Source of the DNA: Lama glama
Lineage: Eukaryota
Assembly: GCA_028534125.1 (NCBI GenBank)
Contig: CM052817.1
Coordinates: 70,372,001 to 70,436,000 of the forward strand
DNA length: 64,000 nucleotides
Reading direction: 5' to 3'
Shown: positions 51,110-64,000 of the stretch, piece by piece
Numbering within the stretch: the first letter of the stretch is position 1
How the letters are laid out: every line of letters begins with the position of its first letter
Made by a program: the position numbers and the translations under genes
The notes under the pieces: generated by a model
The model's input: only the letters and a program-made list of their open reading frames with translations
Databases searched by the model: none
Told to the model about the DNA's origin: nothing

Positions 51110-51960
51110 ATATATTTGTTAGCGGTATACTCTATGCTCTGCACCTGCACTTGGGAAGGATAAGGCACAGTCCCTACCCTTACACAACTCACAACCCTGT
51201 ATGTGCATAGGGAAAAATAGGTACATTAACGACAACAATGTAAGATTGAAGATCATCATATGGCAAGGAAGAGGTAAAACTAAAGTATGAGAGAAAGCAT
51301 TTGAAGGAGAACACGTCTTATAGAATGGGAAAAGGTTAGAATAGCCAACATTGGGGATGTGATATTTGACATACATCTTGAGGCACTGGTAGACTTTCCA
51401 CAGACAGGGGCATTTCAGGAAGAAGAAATAGCATAAACAAAAGCATGGAGCTGGGAAATGTAGGATAGGCCCAGGAGGGCAGACTGTGATCATATGAGGA
51501 AGATCTTGAATGCCAGGCTAAGGAATCTGTGTTTAATTGTAGGTATTGGAAATCACTTACGGTTTCTGAATGAGAGAGTTATGTGCTTAAAAGCAATATT
51601 TTTAAAGAAAATGAGACTGTCAGAGATTTGAAGGACTTTGCTGTTCAAAGACTGGTCAAAGACCAGCAGCATGAACTGCACCTGGGAGCCTGTCAAAAAA
51701 GGAGACTCTCAGCCTCCGTCCCAGACTCACCGAATCTAAACCTGCAAAGCAGCCAGAACCCCCAAGTGATCTGGGTGCACATTAAACTTTGAGAAGCATT
51801 GATGTCAAATACAGTGGAAGAGGAAGATTTGACTTGAGACCAGTCAGAGGACTAGGCCAAAGAGAGATAAACAAAGGTGAGAGTAGCAGACGCACCAAGG
51901 CTAACGCGGTTGCCCAGAAAGGGAGAAGCCACGAATGACGCAGAGCTTTCAGGCTGGGTA
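51110..51960 (-). mobile_element. L2 fragment interrupted by MER5
   Basis: gatcttgaatgccaggctaaggaatctg and other antisense L2 motifs. Confidence 0.7.
51635..51801. mobile_element. MER5A/B (hAT-Charlie)
   Basis: gaccagcagcatgaactgcacctgggagcctgt...cccagactcaccgaatc...gcacattaaactttgagaagcattg. Confidence 0.8.
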
Positions 51961-53133
51961 GTGATGGCCTATTTCTGCCTCACTCATTTTCCTAATATAT
52001 TAATCCTCTACCTTATTGACTAAAGTCATTGTTTCCCTTTAGTATGTTTTCCTTCTATTTGTTCTTTCTATTCATTAGCAGGCATTGCTTCTTTCTACTT
52101 GTGTTCATAGGCCATAAAACAAATGAGAAACTTCCCGACCCTAGTTTTTAAGGAATGCAGGTTCCAACTACTGCTATACCACATGCTGAAGTGAAAAAAA
52201 AAAAATCACAAAGAGATCAGAAGGGAGAAAGAAGAAAAGTAAAAATATCTCCTTTTGTATTTCAGGGTTTTCTTCCCTTCTGTGTTTAATACGAATCAAA
52301 CAGGTGTACATTCAAAGCGCGCAAGTGTGTCTTCATCAGCTTTTAATCAGCAGTTTCAAGAAAATTCAGATCTCTCAGAAAGAGGGAAAAATAAACAGCT
52401 GAGCAGTGTGACTCATTTACACTTCAAATATACTTTGAATTGGTTATTCCTCAATTAATCAAATAGCTGGTGTATCCCTAAAGTAGTATAAAGTGACACG
52501 CTGTGTGAAATCAATTTTTCCTTCCAAAATCATTAAATCCAGTAGCCTGTGACTACATCCCTGCTAATTCTGGTACCAGTGCTTTCATCCTCCATTAACT
52601 CTGGCACGCCTAACAGGATGTCAAGAATAATTTCCCAGGACGTAAATAATTCAGAAATTAAAAATTAATAAATAATAACAGAGAACTACTGGGAAATAGG
52701 CTGGGTCAATTAGTGCGCTCTGCATTCTGTTTCTTCGCAGCAGGGGGGGCGGCCGCGTTCGTTACTTGAATCTTTCCTTCGATTCTGAGGTCTGATTTAC
52801 AGCTCTTCATTACTGGATCCAGTCAGACACAATTACCTCCATCACTATCTCAGTTCCTAACTTCAAAGAAACGAGCGTTTTCTTGTCTGCTTTTTTTCTC
52901 CTTGCAGCAGGCTCAGCTTGACATCCCTGGAATTTCTTCCACGCAGACTAATTAATAAGTCTTCGACTTATCATATTCACTTCTCTTCTTTGATGTGCTA
53001 CCTTAGTCAATCATCCCATTTAATTAGAATTTCAATGATAACTTTACTTATCTTGTGGCAAGACGTAAATTAAAATAATGGGATTTTAATTCTCTTTCGT
53101 ATGGGGTTATGACATTTTGGAAGAGAAAGTTTC

Positions 53134-53633
53134 NNNNNNNNNNNNNNNNNNNNNNNNNNNNNNNNNNNNNNNNNNNNNNNNNNNNNNNNNNNNNNNNNNN
53201 NNNNNNNNNNNNNNNNNNNNNNNNNNNNNNNNNNNNNNNNNNNNNNNNNNNNNNNNNNNNNNNNNNNNNNNNNNNNNNNNNNNNNNNNNNNNNNNNNNNN
53301 NNNNNNNNNNNNNNNNNNNNNNNNNNNNNNNNNNNNNNNNNNNNNNNNNNNNNNNNNNNNNNNNNNNNNNNNNNNNNNNNNNNNNNNNNNNNNNNNNNNN
53401 NNNNNNNNNNNNNNNNNNNNNNNNNNNNNNNNNNNNNNNNNNNNNNNNNNNNNNNNNNNNNNNNNNNNNNNNNNNNNNNNNNNNNNNNNNNNNNNNNNNN
53501 NNNNNNNNNNNNNNNNNNNNNNNNNNNNNNNNNNNNNNNNNNNNNNNNNNNNNNNNNNNNNNNNNNNNNNNNNNNNNNNNNNNNNNNNNNNNNNNNNNNN
53601 NNNNNNNNNNNNNNNNNNNNNNNNNNNNNNNNN
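53134..53633. other. Assembly gap (500 N)
   Basis: Exactly 500 N. A round size suggests a placeholder of unknown true length. Confidence 0.99.
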
Positions 53634-53749
53634 TAAACCTCAGTTTCCTCATCTGAAAAATGAAATCACTAACACCTATGAGATGGTTTAAATAAGACAA
53701 TCTAATATAATTCCTGTGGGTAGACTCTCAGTGTTTTTTGCCTTATGCT

Positions 53750-55770
53750 TCTAATCTTCTTTCTGCTCTCTTTCTTTAGAAGATGGCTCAAATCTCTTCC
53801 AAGGTAAACTTCACCCCTGGTGAGCTCCATCCACACACTCTCAGCTACTTAACCCTCTTTCCTTCTGCCATCTTCAGTCCCCTCCCTCTCCGCAGTTTTC
53901 TTCCCTGTCTTACCCAAACATACCCAGGTCCCACCATCTGTATGAACCCCTCTCTTACCACCTCAGCCCTCCTCTTCCTTTCATATGCAGCTGTGTTGGG
54001 AGGGATAAATCCTATATTAATTCACTACTATTATTTTTTAAATCCACATTCACTTTTCTCTGCACTCTGGCTTCTCCTGACACCATGGTACTGAAATTAA
54101 TGAATTAATTCACCAAACATTTACGAGTATTCATCATGATACCATGTTCCAGGACTGTGCCTAGTACTAGAGTCATATCTGTCCTCAAGTCACCATAATA
54201 ATATACTTACTGGCTAAAGGTGACCAATGACCAATTGTCAAACCTAGTGGCTTCTGTTCAGTTTCACTCCATGTGGCTGTGACTTGCTGGAAACTCTGCT
54301 TCCTGAGCTTTCTTAGCTCCTGCTCTCCCATGGCTCTTCTGCTCCTTTGATCTTGCTGTATCAACTTTGCAGTATCCTCTGGATCATGTGGGTGATTCCT
54401 TGGGCATCATCTTCAGCAATCTTCCCTCTCACTCTTTTAACTTTACTCTGTGAACCTCCTATAATTACAGCCACAGTGGTGGGTATGTATGGGCATTTTT
54501 CTGAGAAGGGAGCTCATAGGTTTTATCAGCTCCCCAAGGAGATCCATGACCTTTCCAAGCAAACCCCCTACCTGCTCCAGCTCATGTTTCAGCAGTTCAT
54601 CCACTGACATGACTCTATCACCCAGATGCTGCTACTCCTGGATCTCTAACCCTGGCTTCTTTACCAATCCCACCAAGGTCTGCTCCTGGAGGGTCCTTCT
54701 AGAATAGTAGCTCTCACCAGGCAGAGGGCAGATCCTCAGCCTCCCACTCTTTGCATCTCCCTTGGAGAAGACTTGTGTGGGATGGAGGTGATGGGCAGGG
54801 TGTGCACCGAATCACAGTCCTTGGGGGGAAGAAGCTCTTCTCCGACCTGGCTCTTGTATCCACTGAAGCATTGCTTGATGCTGGCCATTTCCCCAGCCAC
54901 TACCTCCGGCTCCAGGAAAAGCCTTCTTCTTTGGTCCAGCTCCTGGACACAGCTGCCCAGTTGCCTGGGGCCATTATTAAACAGTTCACTTTCATCAGAG
55001 TCCACTCTTCCCGAATAACCCAGCCTCATATCTGTTGATCAAATTCAACTGCTTCTACCTGTGAAAGGTCTTTGTAATCTATTACCACCAACCTCCCTGC
55101 TCTCTTCATTTCCTCAGGCTATCACAGACCCTCGTCATCTCTGATCTGGACTCCCACATCAAGGTCCTAAACAGTCTATCTGCCTCACATCTTTCTGCTA
55201 TCCCTCCATGTTCCAACACACAACTGCTTATTTCAATTTAAAAATAATCCTTCGATGTTTTTTTATTGCCCACATAATAAAATCTAAATGCGTCATGAAA
55301 GACCCACTACAATCAGGCTCTCTCTTTCCTTTTTGAGTCGTGTTTCTAGCCATTCTTCCTTTCCTCTCTGTCACACACAACTGCTCATTTTCCCTTGGGC
55401 TCTCTCACCTCTCTGCCATTGCTCAGACTGGTTCTCATGCCCGAAAAGCTTTTTCCTGACCCTGAAGGAATCCAGCTCCTCCTTCGATGCTCAGCTCAAA
55501 CGTGACCTCCTCTGTAAGCCTGCCTTTTCCCACCTGAGAGAATGAATCACTCCAGAACTCTCAAAGCAATTGGTCCAAACCTCCAGTAAGCTTGCATTGC
55601 TCACTCAGCTCTGCCATTCACAGTGTGTGTGTTTCTCTCCTGATTAGAATGACAGCTTCTTGAGGGCAGGAATCAGGCACGGTTATCCTGGCACCGCCGT
55701 TGCATAGAACAGTGCCTGTCTCTGCTACATGTGCCACAAATGCTTGATGGATGAAGAAAGAAGTGAATGG
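53750..55770 (+). mobile_element. L2 LINE fragments
   Basis: Pyrimidine-rich sense L2 motifs ending in cagcttcttgagggcaggaatc...agaacagtgcctg...aaatgcttgatggatgaa. Confidence 0.7.
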
Positions 55771-56929
55771 CGAACATTATCATCACCAGCACTACCTCCT
55801 GCCCTCACGGGTTCCCACCTCTCCTGAAGAGAAAGCAGATGCTTTCAGAAAATACCCACAATTTTCACAAAACAGGTATTAAAATATGGAAAGGATCTAT
55901 GAGATAGAAAAGAAAGAAGACAGGAATGAATGAAAACAAACCGAATTTTTCTTCTGGTGCAACTGCTTAGTTCTCTCTAGTTAGCATCTTGATTGGCCTA
56001 TTGAGATGTGTTCAGTTTCTTAAAAGGAGCACCCTGGATGCAAGCTGGAGGGAACTGGGGCAGGAGATGATGTGTGGACTACAGATGGTAGTGATGGAGA
56101 GGAGGGAACAAACCAAAGAAACATTAAGGAAATGCCAATGTTAAGATGACACATTGAAGGGTGAGATGGAAGAGCAAGGATTTGTTCATTGATTCATTCA
56201 ACTAATAACTCCTACTAAGTGCCAGCACTGTGAGAGGTGCAGGGAATTCAGTGGTGAAAAACATATTGTCCCTGACTTCCAGATGCCAAGTTTCTGATAC
56301 TGCAGTGGACTGTCTGATGGTGCATAGTAGTAAACATGCAACAACTCTTACTTAGGATGGAAGCCAATTTGGGAAGCATTACTATTTATCTCTTACAGAG
56401 TACAGCAGTGAACAATACCTGGGTACAGAGACAGATATGCCGATGATGAAACACCAGAGAGAAGATATCTGTTGTGTTCCAACAAAATGTTATTTAAATT
56501 TTTGATCTTAATTACGAAAGCAATATATGTTTATTGCAGAAAAATTGGAAAATACACAGAGTTCCAAGGAAGGGAAAAAGATCTGTAAACTCATCACTTA
56601 GCTATTAATCACATTTGTGTCCCTTCACACTTTTTTCAATGTATGACGCTCAGAAAATGCATACAATAACCACTGGGCCAATACCCTACATAGATCTTGT
56701 GGTCTGACTTTCATCATTTTAAACCTGTTGTGAACATCTGTCCATTTCAGAAAATAAAATCCTACATTATCACTTTTAATGGTTGTATAGTATTCTACCA
56801 TATGGATGCTTCATAATTCATTTCATTAATCTACTATTTTCAATTGAGTATTTTAAATGTTTTACAAGTAACTGATAATAACACTGGAAATTTATTTGAC
56901 TAGTTTAAATAAATGTCTCAAAAATGATA

Positions 56930-59900
56930 GTGTCTTTGGGGCCCACAGTAATTCAGAACTATGCAGTGAAGGGATTCTGGGAAATAGTTTCAGCTTAGCT
57001 AAATTGATATGATACAAATCCACCAGTCTATCCTTTGTCAACTTTGTATCCAAGTTGACCTTTTTTAAACCATATTTAATTTAATTTTCAATTAAGGGCA
57101 ATAGCAACAATATACTTCTTCCTAACATAATACAATGATCTCTCATACAACTGTAACATGCTCTCTCCAAAGAGAAAGCAAAGACCTTTTATCCATTTTG
57201 GGATGGTAATCATCTGTCTTTTAGATAAGTCATATTCCTTCTTTGATATCCAGTATCTTAAATACTGAGAAGTTAAATGCTATCATCCAATATATTATAT
57301 ATGATGGGAGAATGGGAGACAAAAAGAGAAAAAAAAGGTTAATATATACAAAAATATTCATATCAAAATAAGAAAAAATACTCGGAACTATTACAGTGCT
57401 TGTTTCTACAGCTGCTCACATGGGCATAGCTGGGATTTATCACTACAGTCTTCCACTACCCATTCCATCTTCCTTTTGCCCTCAGAAAAAACCTCAGCTG
57501 GCAGTGGTTCCTTGCCTGCCAGACTGACCTAAACCTTATTGCATTGTTAAGTTTCCCATAGACTTTAATCACAGAATATGGAGGTACTAAGGCACCTCAG
57601 GAAACCTGCATTCTGGACACACTCTTCTCTATTGTCATTTTGAGGTGGCAATATAATTTCCCCTTGATTGTCAGGATCAACCCCTCTAGTCAATACAGTA
57701 CTCCTTACTTGCTTTTTGATTCAATGGCATGAGGACACTGAAGGGGCAAGGTGACAGTCTCATCTCTATGTAATGGAACCACTGATGTGTCCCTTGGTGG
57801 AAGGATTCCTCCTTTTAGGACTAAAACTTCTAGACCAGAAGGGCCCAAAGTTGTAGGAAATGGAAGGCAAAAATTCCACTAGTGGATCACTAGAAGTAGC
57901 AGTAAGAGGAGTCACTGCCACCTTTTATACCTGATTCCTGGTTCTAAGAGAAACAGATCATATATTGACTAATTTACAGCACATGCTGCATCTTGGGAGA
58001 CATTGTCCCAGCCCCAAAAGGTGTTGAAATTAATCTGGCATCATAACTGAATTTTCCAAAGGCCATTCCACCATTTCACACAGTTGCTTCAAAGTGATGG
58101 CACACATACTATGACCAGTGAATTCCATGAACCTGAATCCACTGCCACAAGTCATTTACTGTCAAACAAGTTCCTTGGCCAGAAACAATGCTGGTGGTAC
58201 ACTACGATGCTGAGTAAGGCATTCTTCAAGTCCACACAATAGTGATTTTGGTAGCAGCATTGTGGGCAAGGAAGGAAAATTTGTATCCAGTGTGAATATC
58301 TATTTAAGTAAGAATCAAGTGCCTACTGGAAGTGCTCCTATGTGATTAACCTGCTACCAAGTGGGTGGCTCACCCTCCTGGAGAATGGTGCCAGATTGTG
58401 GGCTCATTGATTTCTACTGTTGGTGGGTTGGACACTCAGCAGTGGCTCTAGCCAGATTAGCTATGACAAGTGAAAGTCCATGCGTAACCTCCATCTCTGC
58501 TGCCTTTGTTTGTGGACCCTTTGGCCCAGGACACAAGTGACTGGGAGGAAAGAATGACTCATGTCCACTGGATGGGTCATCTTATTCACCTGAGTATGTA
58601 TATTCTTCCCTACATAGATTGCTCTTTGGTGGCTATTTACGTGGGGTACAAATAGCTTCACTTTTGTACCTGTACAGAGAGGTTTATCCACATGCCTCTC
58701 TACTGGACCTCCTCAACAACTTTCCAATCCTGTTCCTCCTGACTCCCTGGCCATCCATTCAGCCAAATGATTAGCCACTGCCCATGAATCACTATAGATC
58801 TGCAACTCTGGCCATTACTCCTTCCAGGCAAAATGAAAAACCTGGTACAGTGTTAACATTCTGCCAGTTGGGGAGATATCCCCTCATCACTTGCTTCAGG
58901 TGAGGCTTCCCCCAAGTAAGGCTATAATGCAAAGCCATTTGCTTTCAGGTAGTGTCAACACATTATGCAGAACTATCTGTAAAACAGGCGCCCATTTTTT
59001 CATCTTCAGTTAACCTATCATAGGGCACTCTCCATAATGCCATATGTATAAGCTGAGAGAGAAGAGGCCGTGTGGCAGGAATGTGGGCTATGTGCATCTG
59101 GATTGTTTCTCATGCAATTTACATGTACCTTCAGGACCGACTCAAGCCTGATCTCCTGCATAACACTTTCATTTGATGATGGAATACTGCTGTGGACACC
59201 CATGTTTATGGGTTGATAGGTCAGATGATGCCAAATTGGTGATGACCGGTCCATGTTTCATGGTAACTTGTCACCCTTGGTCAATAGCTTCGTCTGTACT
59301 AAGCAAGCCAGAGGTTAATTTCTCAAAGGAAATTATTTATCTGCAGAGGATGGCATAGGTCTGCACTAAAACCCTATGGTTCTATGCTGTAATTCACCTA
59401 AATGGACTCATCAAAAGCTTCATAGAGCATCCTTATCTGCCACAGACAATGCAAATGATATTGGATCTGCTGAGTCATATGGTCCAAGTGACAGAGCAGT
59501 TTGCTTGGAAGGCTGGACCTATTGCATAGCCTTTGCTTGTACAGGGCCCTACTCAAAATCAGCAGCTTATTGGATTACTCACTAAATGGATTGGAATAAC
59601 ATGACCAAATGAGGTATATGTTGTCTCCAAAGTCCTAAGTGTCTCCCTAAGCATTGTGTATCTTTTTTAGTGGAAGGAGGAGTTAGATGCAGCAACTATC
59701 CTTTACCTTGGAAGGAATAGCTCACATGTTACAAACTACTAGACCCCTAGAAAATTCACTGAGAAGCCTTTGATGTTTTACTGTGCTTATTTTCCATTCT
59801 TTGTCAAGTGTGTGTCTTACCATTACCAACGTATCTAGTGTTGTTGCTACTTAGATCACTAGGTCTAATCTTCATAATATTAATGCAGTGGTATAGTGTG

Positions 59901-60490
59901 ATATCCTGTGAATGAAAAGGCAATAGAGTTTCCCACAAATCAAATTATAACATAGGGTTGGAAATTTGATATAGTCCTGAGATAGGGCTGTGAAGTTGTA
60001 CTGCTGACCCTACCATTTGAAAACAAACTTCTTCTGTTGGTCTTTACCAGTGTGTAGATCAAAAAACACCTGGCAGATCAATAACTACCTAATGGCTATT
60101 GGGGATGTGATGTGCTCCAGCAATGAAACCATGTGTGGAACAGCAGCTGCAGTTGGAAGCATTACATGACTAGGTTTACATTAATGGACTGTTATTCTCC
60201 AAGATCCATCTTTCTTTCACAAGGGCCAAATTGGCTAACTGAATGCAATGTGGTAGGAATGGCCACCCTGCATCTTTCAAGTCATTGAGGGTGGCATCAA
60301 CCTGTGTAGTCACTTCTGATTTATCATTTTGGAGGGAAAGGCAGTTCTGTTGGTTCCATTTAGCCTTTCCCACCACTAGAGTCCTCACTCTGTGGGTCAG
60401 AAACCAAGGTGGGGAGTCTTCTCATATCTGAGGATGTTTATTCCAATTATGCATTCCAGAGCTAATCCCAGTGTCCTCACTACCTCTGGA
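56930..60490 (-). mobile_element. Decayed ERV-L provirus fragment (pol: RT, RNase H, IN, then dUTPase; PPT and partial 3' LTR)
   Basis: Minus-strand translations: VVGKAKW (~60360), FVFKW*GQQYNFTALSQDYIKFPTLCYNL (RT, ~59940-60030), VKLFVPHVNSHQR (RNase H, ~58640), GVDPDNQGEI (dUTPase motif, ~57655-57685). PPT-like aaaggatagac abuts LTR-like sequence at ~57025. Confidence 0.88.
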
Positions 60491-61199
60491 AGGAGAACTA
60501 AAATGACAGCAGTGATGAAAGGAAACTTGTTCCATGTGTTCTCTGTGGTGACAGTGGGCATGTACCTATGTTTTACTTGCAAATTTTAATTTAAAAAGTT
60601 TAAAATGACAACAATAACGACAAAATCCACAACATAATATTGCATCTGAAAGAGTTTGTATAGGTCATGAGACATAATAGTACCTCACACAGTGCCTGGC
60701 ATAGAGTTACCCCTCAAAAAATACTGGTTGAGCTGGGGAAACTAACATAGTCGTGCTTACAGGGAACCGAGAGGGAAACAGCATAGTTCAAGAGACTGTC
60801 ATCTAAACTGCAAAATGTCTTTGGAAATAAGTCTAGGTTAAAACTGTATCTTATTATCTGACCGAAAAAAAAATTTCCTCTCTACTACATACTTAAATGT
60901 AGATATAGCATTTACGAAAATAGGGGAAGACACGGGTTATTTAAAACAGTATTTTGGTCACATCAAGGTATCCGCTTTAGGCATCTTGTGGAGATGATCT
61001 GACATTTGCGATAGATCTAAATTGGGCACATATTTTTAAATTTTATAATATATTAATTTACCAATTATAAGTGACGATTGTTATCATTACTATCACCACT
61101 ATTTTTTCAGGAAGGAAAAGCTCAGCAACGTAGGACTTTCTCAAGCTCTTGACAAATCCAGTAATACAAAAGGCAGAGCTTTCCAAACGTCCCCATTCA

Positions 61200-61989
<790 letters not shown>

Positions 61990-63184
61990 TAATCTTTTAG
62001 CCAAGCGATCCGAGTCGAATAATGTATTTTTCAAGCCCAGATTGTTGCTCTTTTTTTTTTTTTTTTTGCATGCCATAAGTTGTTTGACGGAGGTCCTGGG
62101 AAAGTCTTTTCTGGCCCATTCTGCTTCCACGGTTGGTCGAGAGAGTGTGGGACTCTCTTACCTTCTCTTTGTCTACGGACCCTGAATCCTTGAAAGAGAG
62201 TTGAGAGTCCTTAGGTTTGAGCTAACAAACCTAAGGGTGTGGTGTTGCTTTTGTCCCAGTCAACAATAAGTATGAATGGGAACTTCTGAAACCACGGTTT
62301 GGATAAATATTTGAGATTGAGGATAGATTTGCGGAAGGTTATCTTACTTCAAAGAGCGGAAGTCGAGAATTTAAAGAATAAGGAAAATAGCATTACTGTT
62401 GAACACTGCTGCACTATCATCTTATCCTGTCCCTTGCAGAAGGGGTGTCTCTTTGTATAGTGGTGAGCTGGCAATCAAGCTACAGTCTTTTCATAGCCAC
62501 CACCCTTTAAGGCCGCGGTTCTGTGATTTACGCAGCTGTGTGCTACTGCACCTTTAGATTTGGGGAAGTGGGATATTTAATTTGTCAATTATAAAAATAG
62601 ATTAGGGAAAGGAAGAGCAGATGGCTTTACTTTTAAGGCAATAGTCATAGACATCTTCATTTTCATAGATGTTTTGTGAGAATAGTTGGCACTGAAGAGG
62701 CAAGCATCAGAAATTATGTGGGCTTGGTTCTAGGGTGTACCTTTGGATTTACCCTCCTCCCAAATCTAGAATAGTAACAGTTAACTTATTTAAATAAATT
62801 GCATTTAAATAAATTACATTTTAGATATTTTTTACGTTGGTAAGATATTATCCTAGCAGTGCATTAGCATTAACACCTGCTTGGCACATTAATAGGTGTT
62901 GTATTGAATAAACAAAATTTTAAGTGCATTTAAAAAAAATAAGTCTTCATCTGCTAGAAATCTTTTCTGTAACTCTACCTCTTTTGGAGCCAGGGCCTTT
63001 GCTAGAAGCTTCACAGTTTTCATTCTGGCCACTTTCCCTCTGGATTGTTGTAATGGGGAGATTCTTTGCCCCAATTTCCAGGGAAAGTGAAAGGAAATCT
63101 TTTAGTGGCCAAGCTGTCTCATTCAAGGAATTGGTTTGCCACTGGAAAGGAGTCTCTTGTAAAAACTGTGGGTATACCTTTATA

Positions 63185-64000
63185 AATAAACAATATTTAT
63201 TACTGAGAAATATTCAGCAAATAGTATACTGAGTCCTTACTAAGTTCCAGGCACTAGGTACTGGGGACAACAGTGAATGAAACAGGTAAGGGCCCTGCCC
63301 TTCTGAAGCTTATAATGTCATGGTTGAGACATGTTAAATATCCCATACATTTTTTTCCATTGCGAACTTCCACAAATGCATTAAAGGAAAGGAACAAGAG
63401 GTTATGAGACAATAATGGGAGTTGGGAACATCATTTACATTGGAGTGCGGTTCTGAGGAAGTGACATGTTAGCCAAGATCAGAAAGACTAGGGGAAATGG
63501 TATGCTAGGCAGAGGGAAAAGTATGGACCTATATAGGACTGAGAGACCAGTTAGGTGAGTTTTGTGGTTCATTTATACTAGACGAGGTTGGTGGCAGCAG
63601 AGATGGAGGAAAATTTAATGAAAGATATTTTGGAAGTAGTTTCAGTAGATCTGTTTATTTGTTTGTTTTTTTAATGGAGGTACTGGGGATTGAACCCAGG
63701 ATCTTGTGCATGCTGAGCATGCAGTCTACCACCAAGCTACACCCTCCCCCCACGATTCAGTAGATCTTGATGATGGATTGATTGGATGTAGGAGGAGAAT
63801 GAAGTGTGAAGCAATCTTATTGGTGTCTGATTTAAGCACAAGTAGGTGGAAGTGTAATTTTCTGAGACTGAAGAAGTTTTTTTGGTGGGGAATGGTGAAT
63901 CCAGATCTTTTTGGAATATATCATAGTTGGACATAGCCAAATGTAAATAGTTGGAAATATCAAGTTTGCAGATAGGAGTCTAGAACTGAGAAAAGAGGTT
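63185..64000 (-). mobile_element. L2 fragment in OSTC intron 1
   Basis: attcagcaaatagtatactgagtccttactaagttccaggcactaggtactggggacaacagtgaatgaaacag is an antisense L2 3' end. Confidence 0.75.
63653..63755 (-). mobile_element. Vic-1-like SINE in OSTC intron 1
   Basis: Antisense A/B boxes; perfect 12-bp TSD ttcagtagatct at 63641-63652 and 63756-63767. Confidence 0.9.

Noticed and set aside
52735..52756. CTCF-like gcagcagggggggcgg
   Set aside because: Extra G residues displace the near-invariant C of the core motif.
53107..53700. ORFs of 175-197 aa across the gap
   Set aside because: Artefacts of translating N bases.

Overview
Mammalian genomic DNA, most likely camelid: five tRNA-derived SINEs resemble camelid Vic-1, and I saw no Alu, B1, Bov-tA/BovB or PRE-1. 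The window is mostly intergenic and rich in old repeats: L1, L2, MIR, MaLR/ERVL LTRs, a near full-length Tigger1, a Charlie1 remnant and a ~3.5 kb decayed ERV-L pol region. The only recognisable protein-coding sequence is coding exon 1 of OSTC (DC2, oligosaccharyltransferase subunit) at 61612-61750 (+), inside a CpG-island promoter. A 500-N scaffold gap at 53134-53633 lies in the interval where RPL34 is expected from human/mouse synteny; I found no RPL34 exons in the window. I found no convincing new multi-gene system. Best leads: (i) a 528-bp retroposed cellular RNA of unknown parent with poly(A), AATAAA and TSD; (ii) two local templated-insertion scars; (iii) a hairpin cluster in unique DNA; (iv) a CTCF site with upstream module; (v) a speculative chain of minus-strand micro-exons; (vi) UPRE-like motifs in the OSTC promoter. 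Repeat subfamily names come from recalled consensus sequences and most repeat boundaries are approximate.
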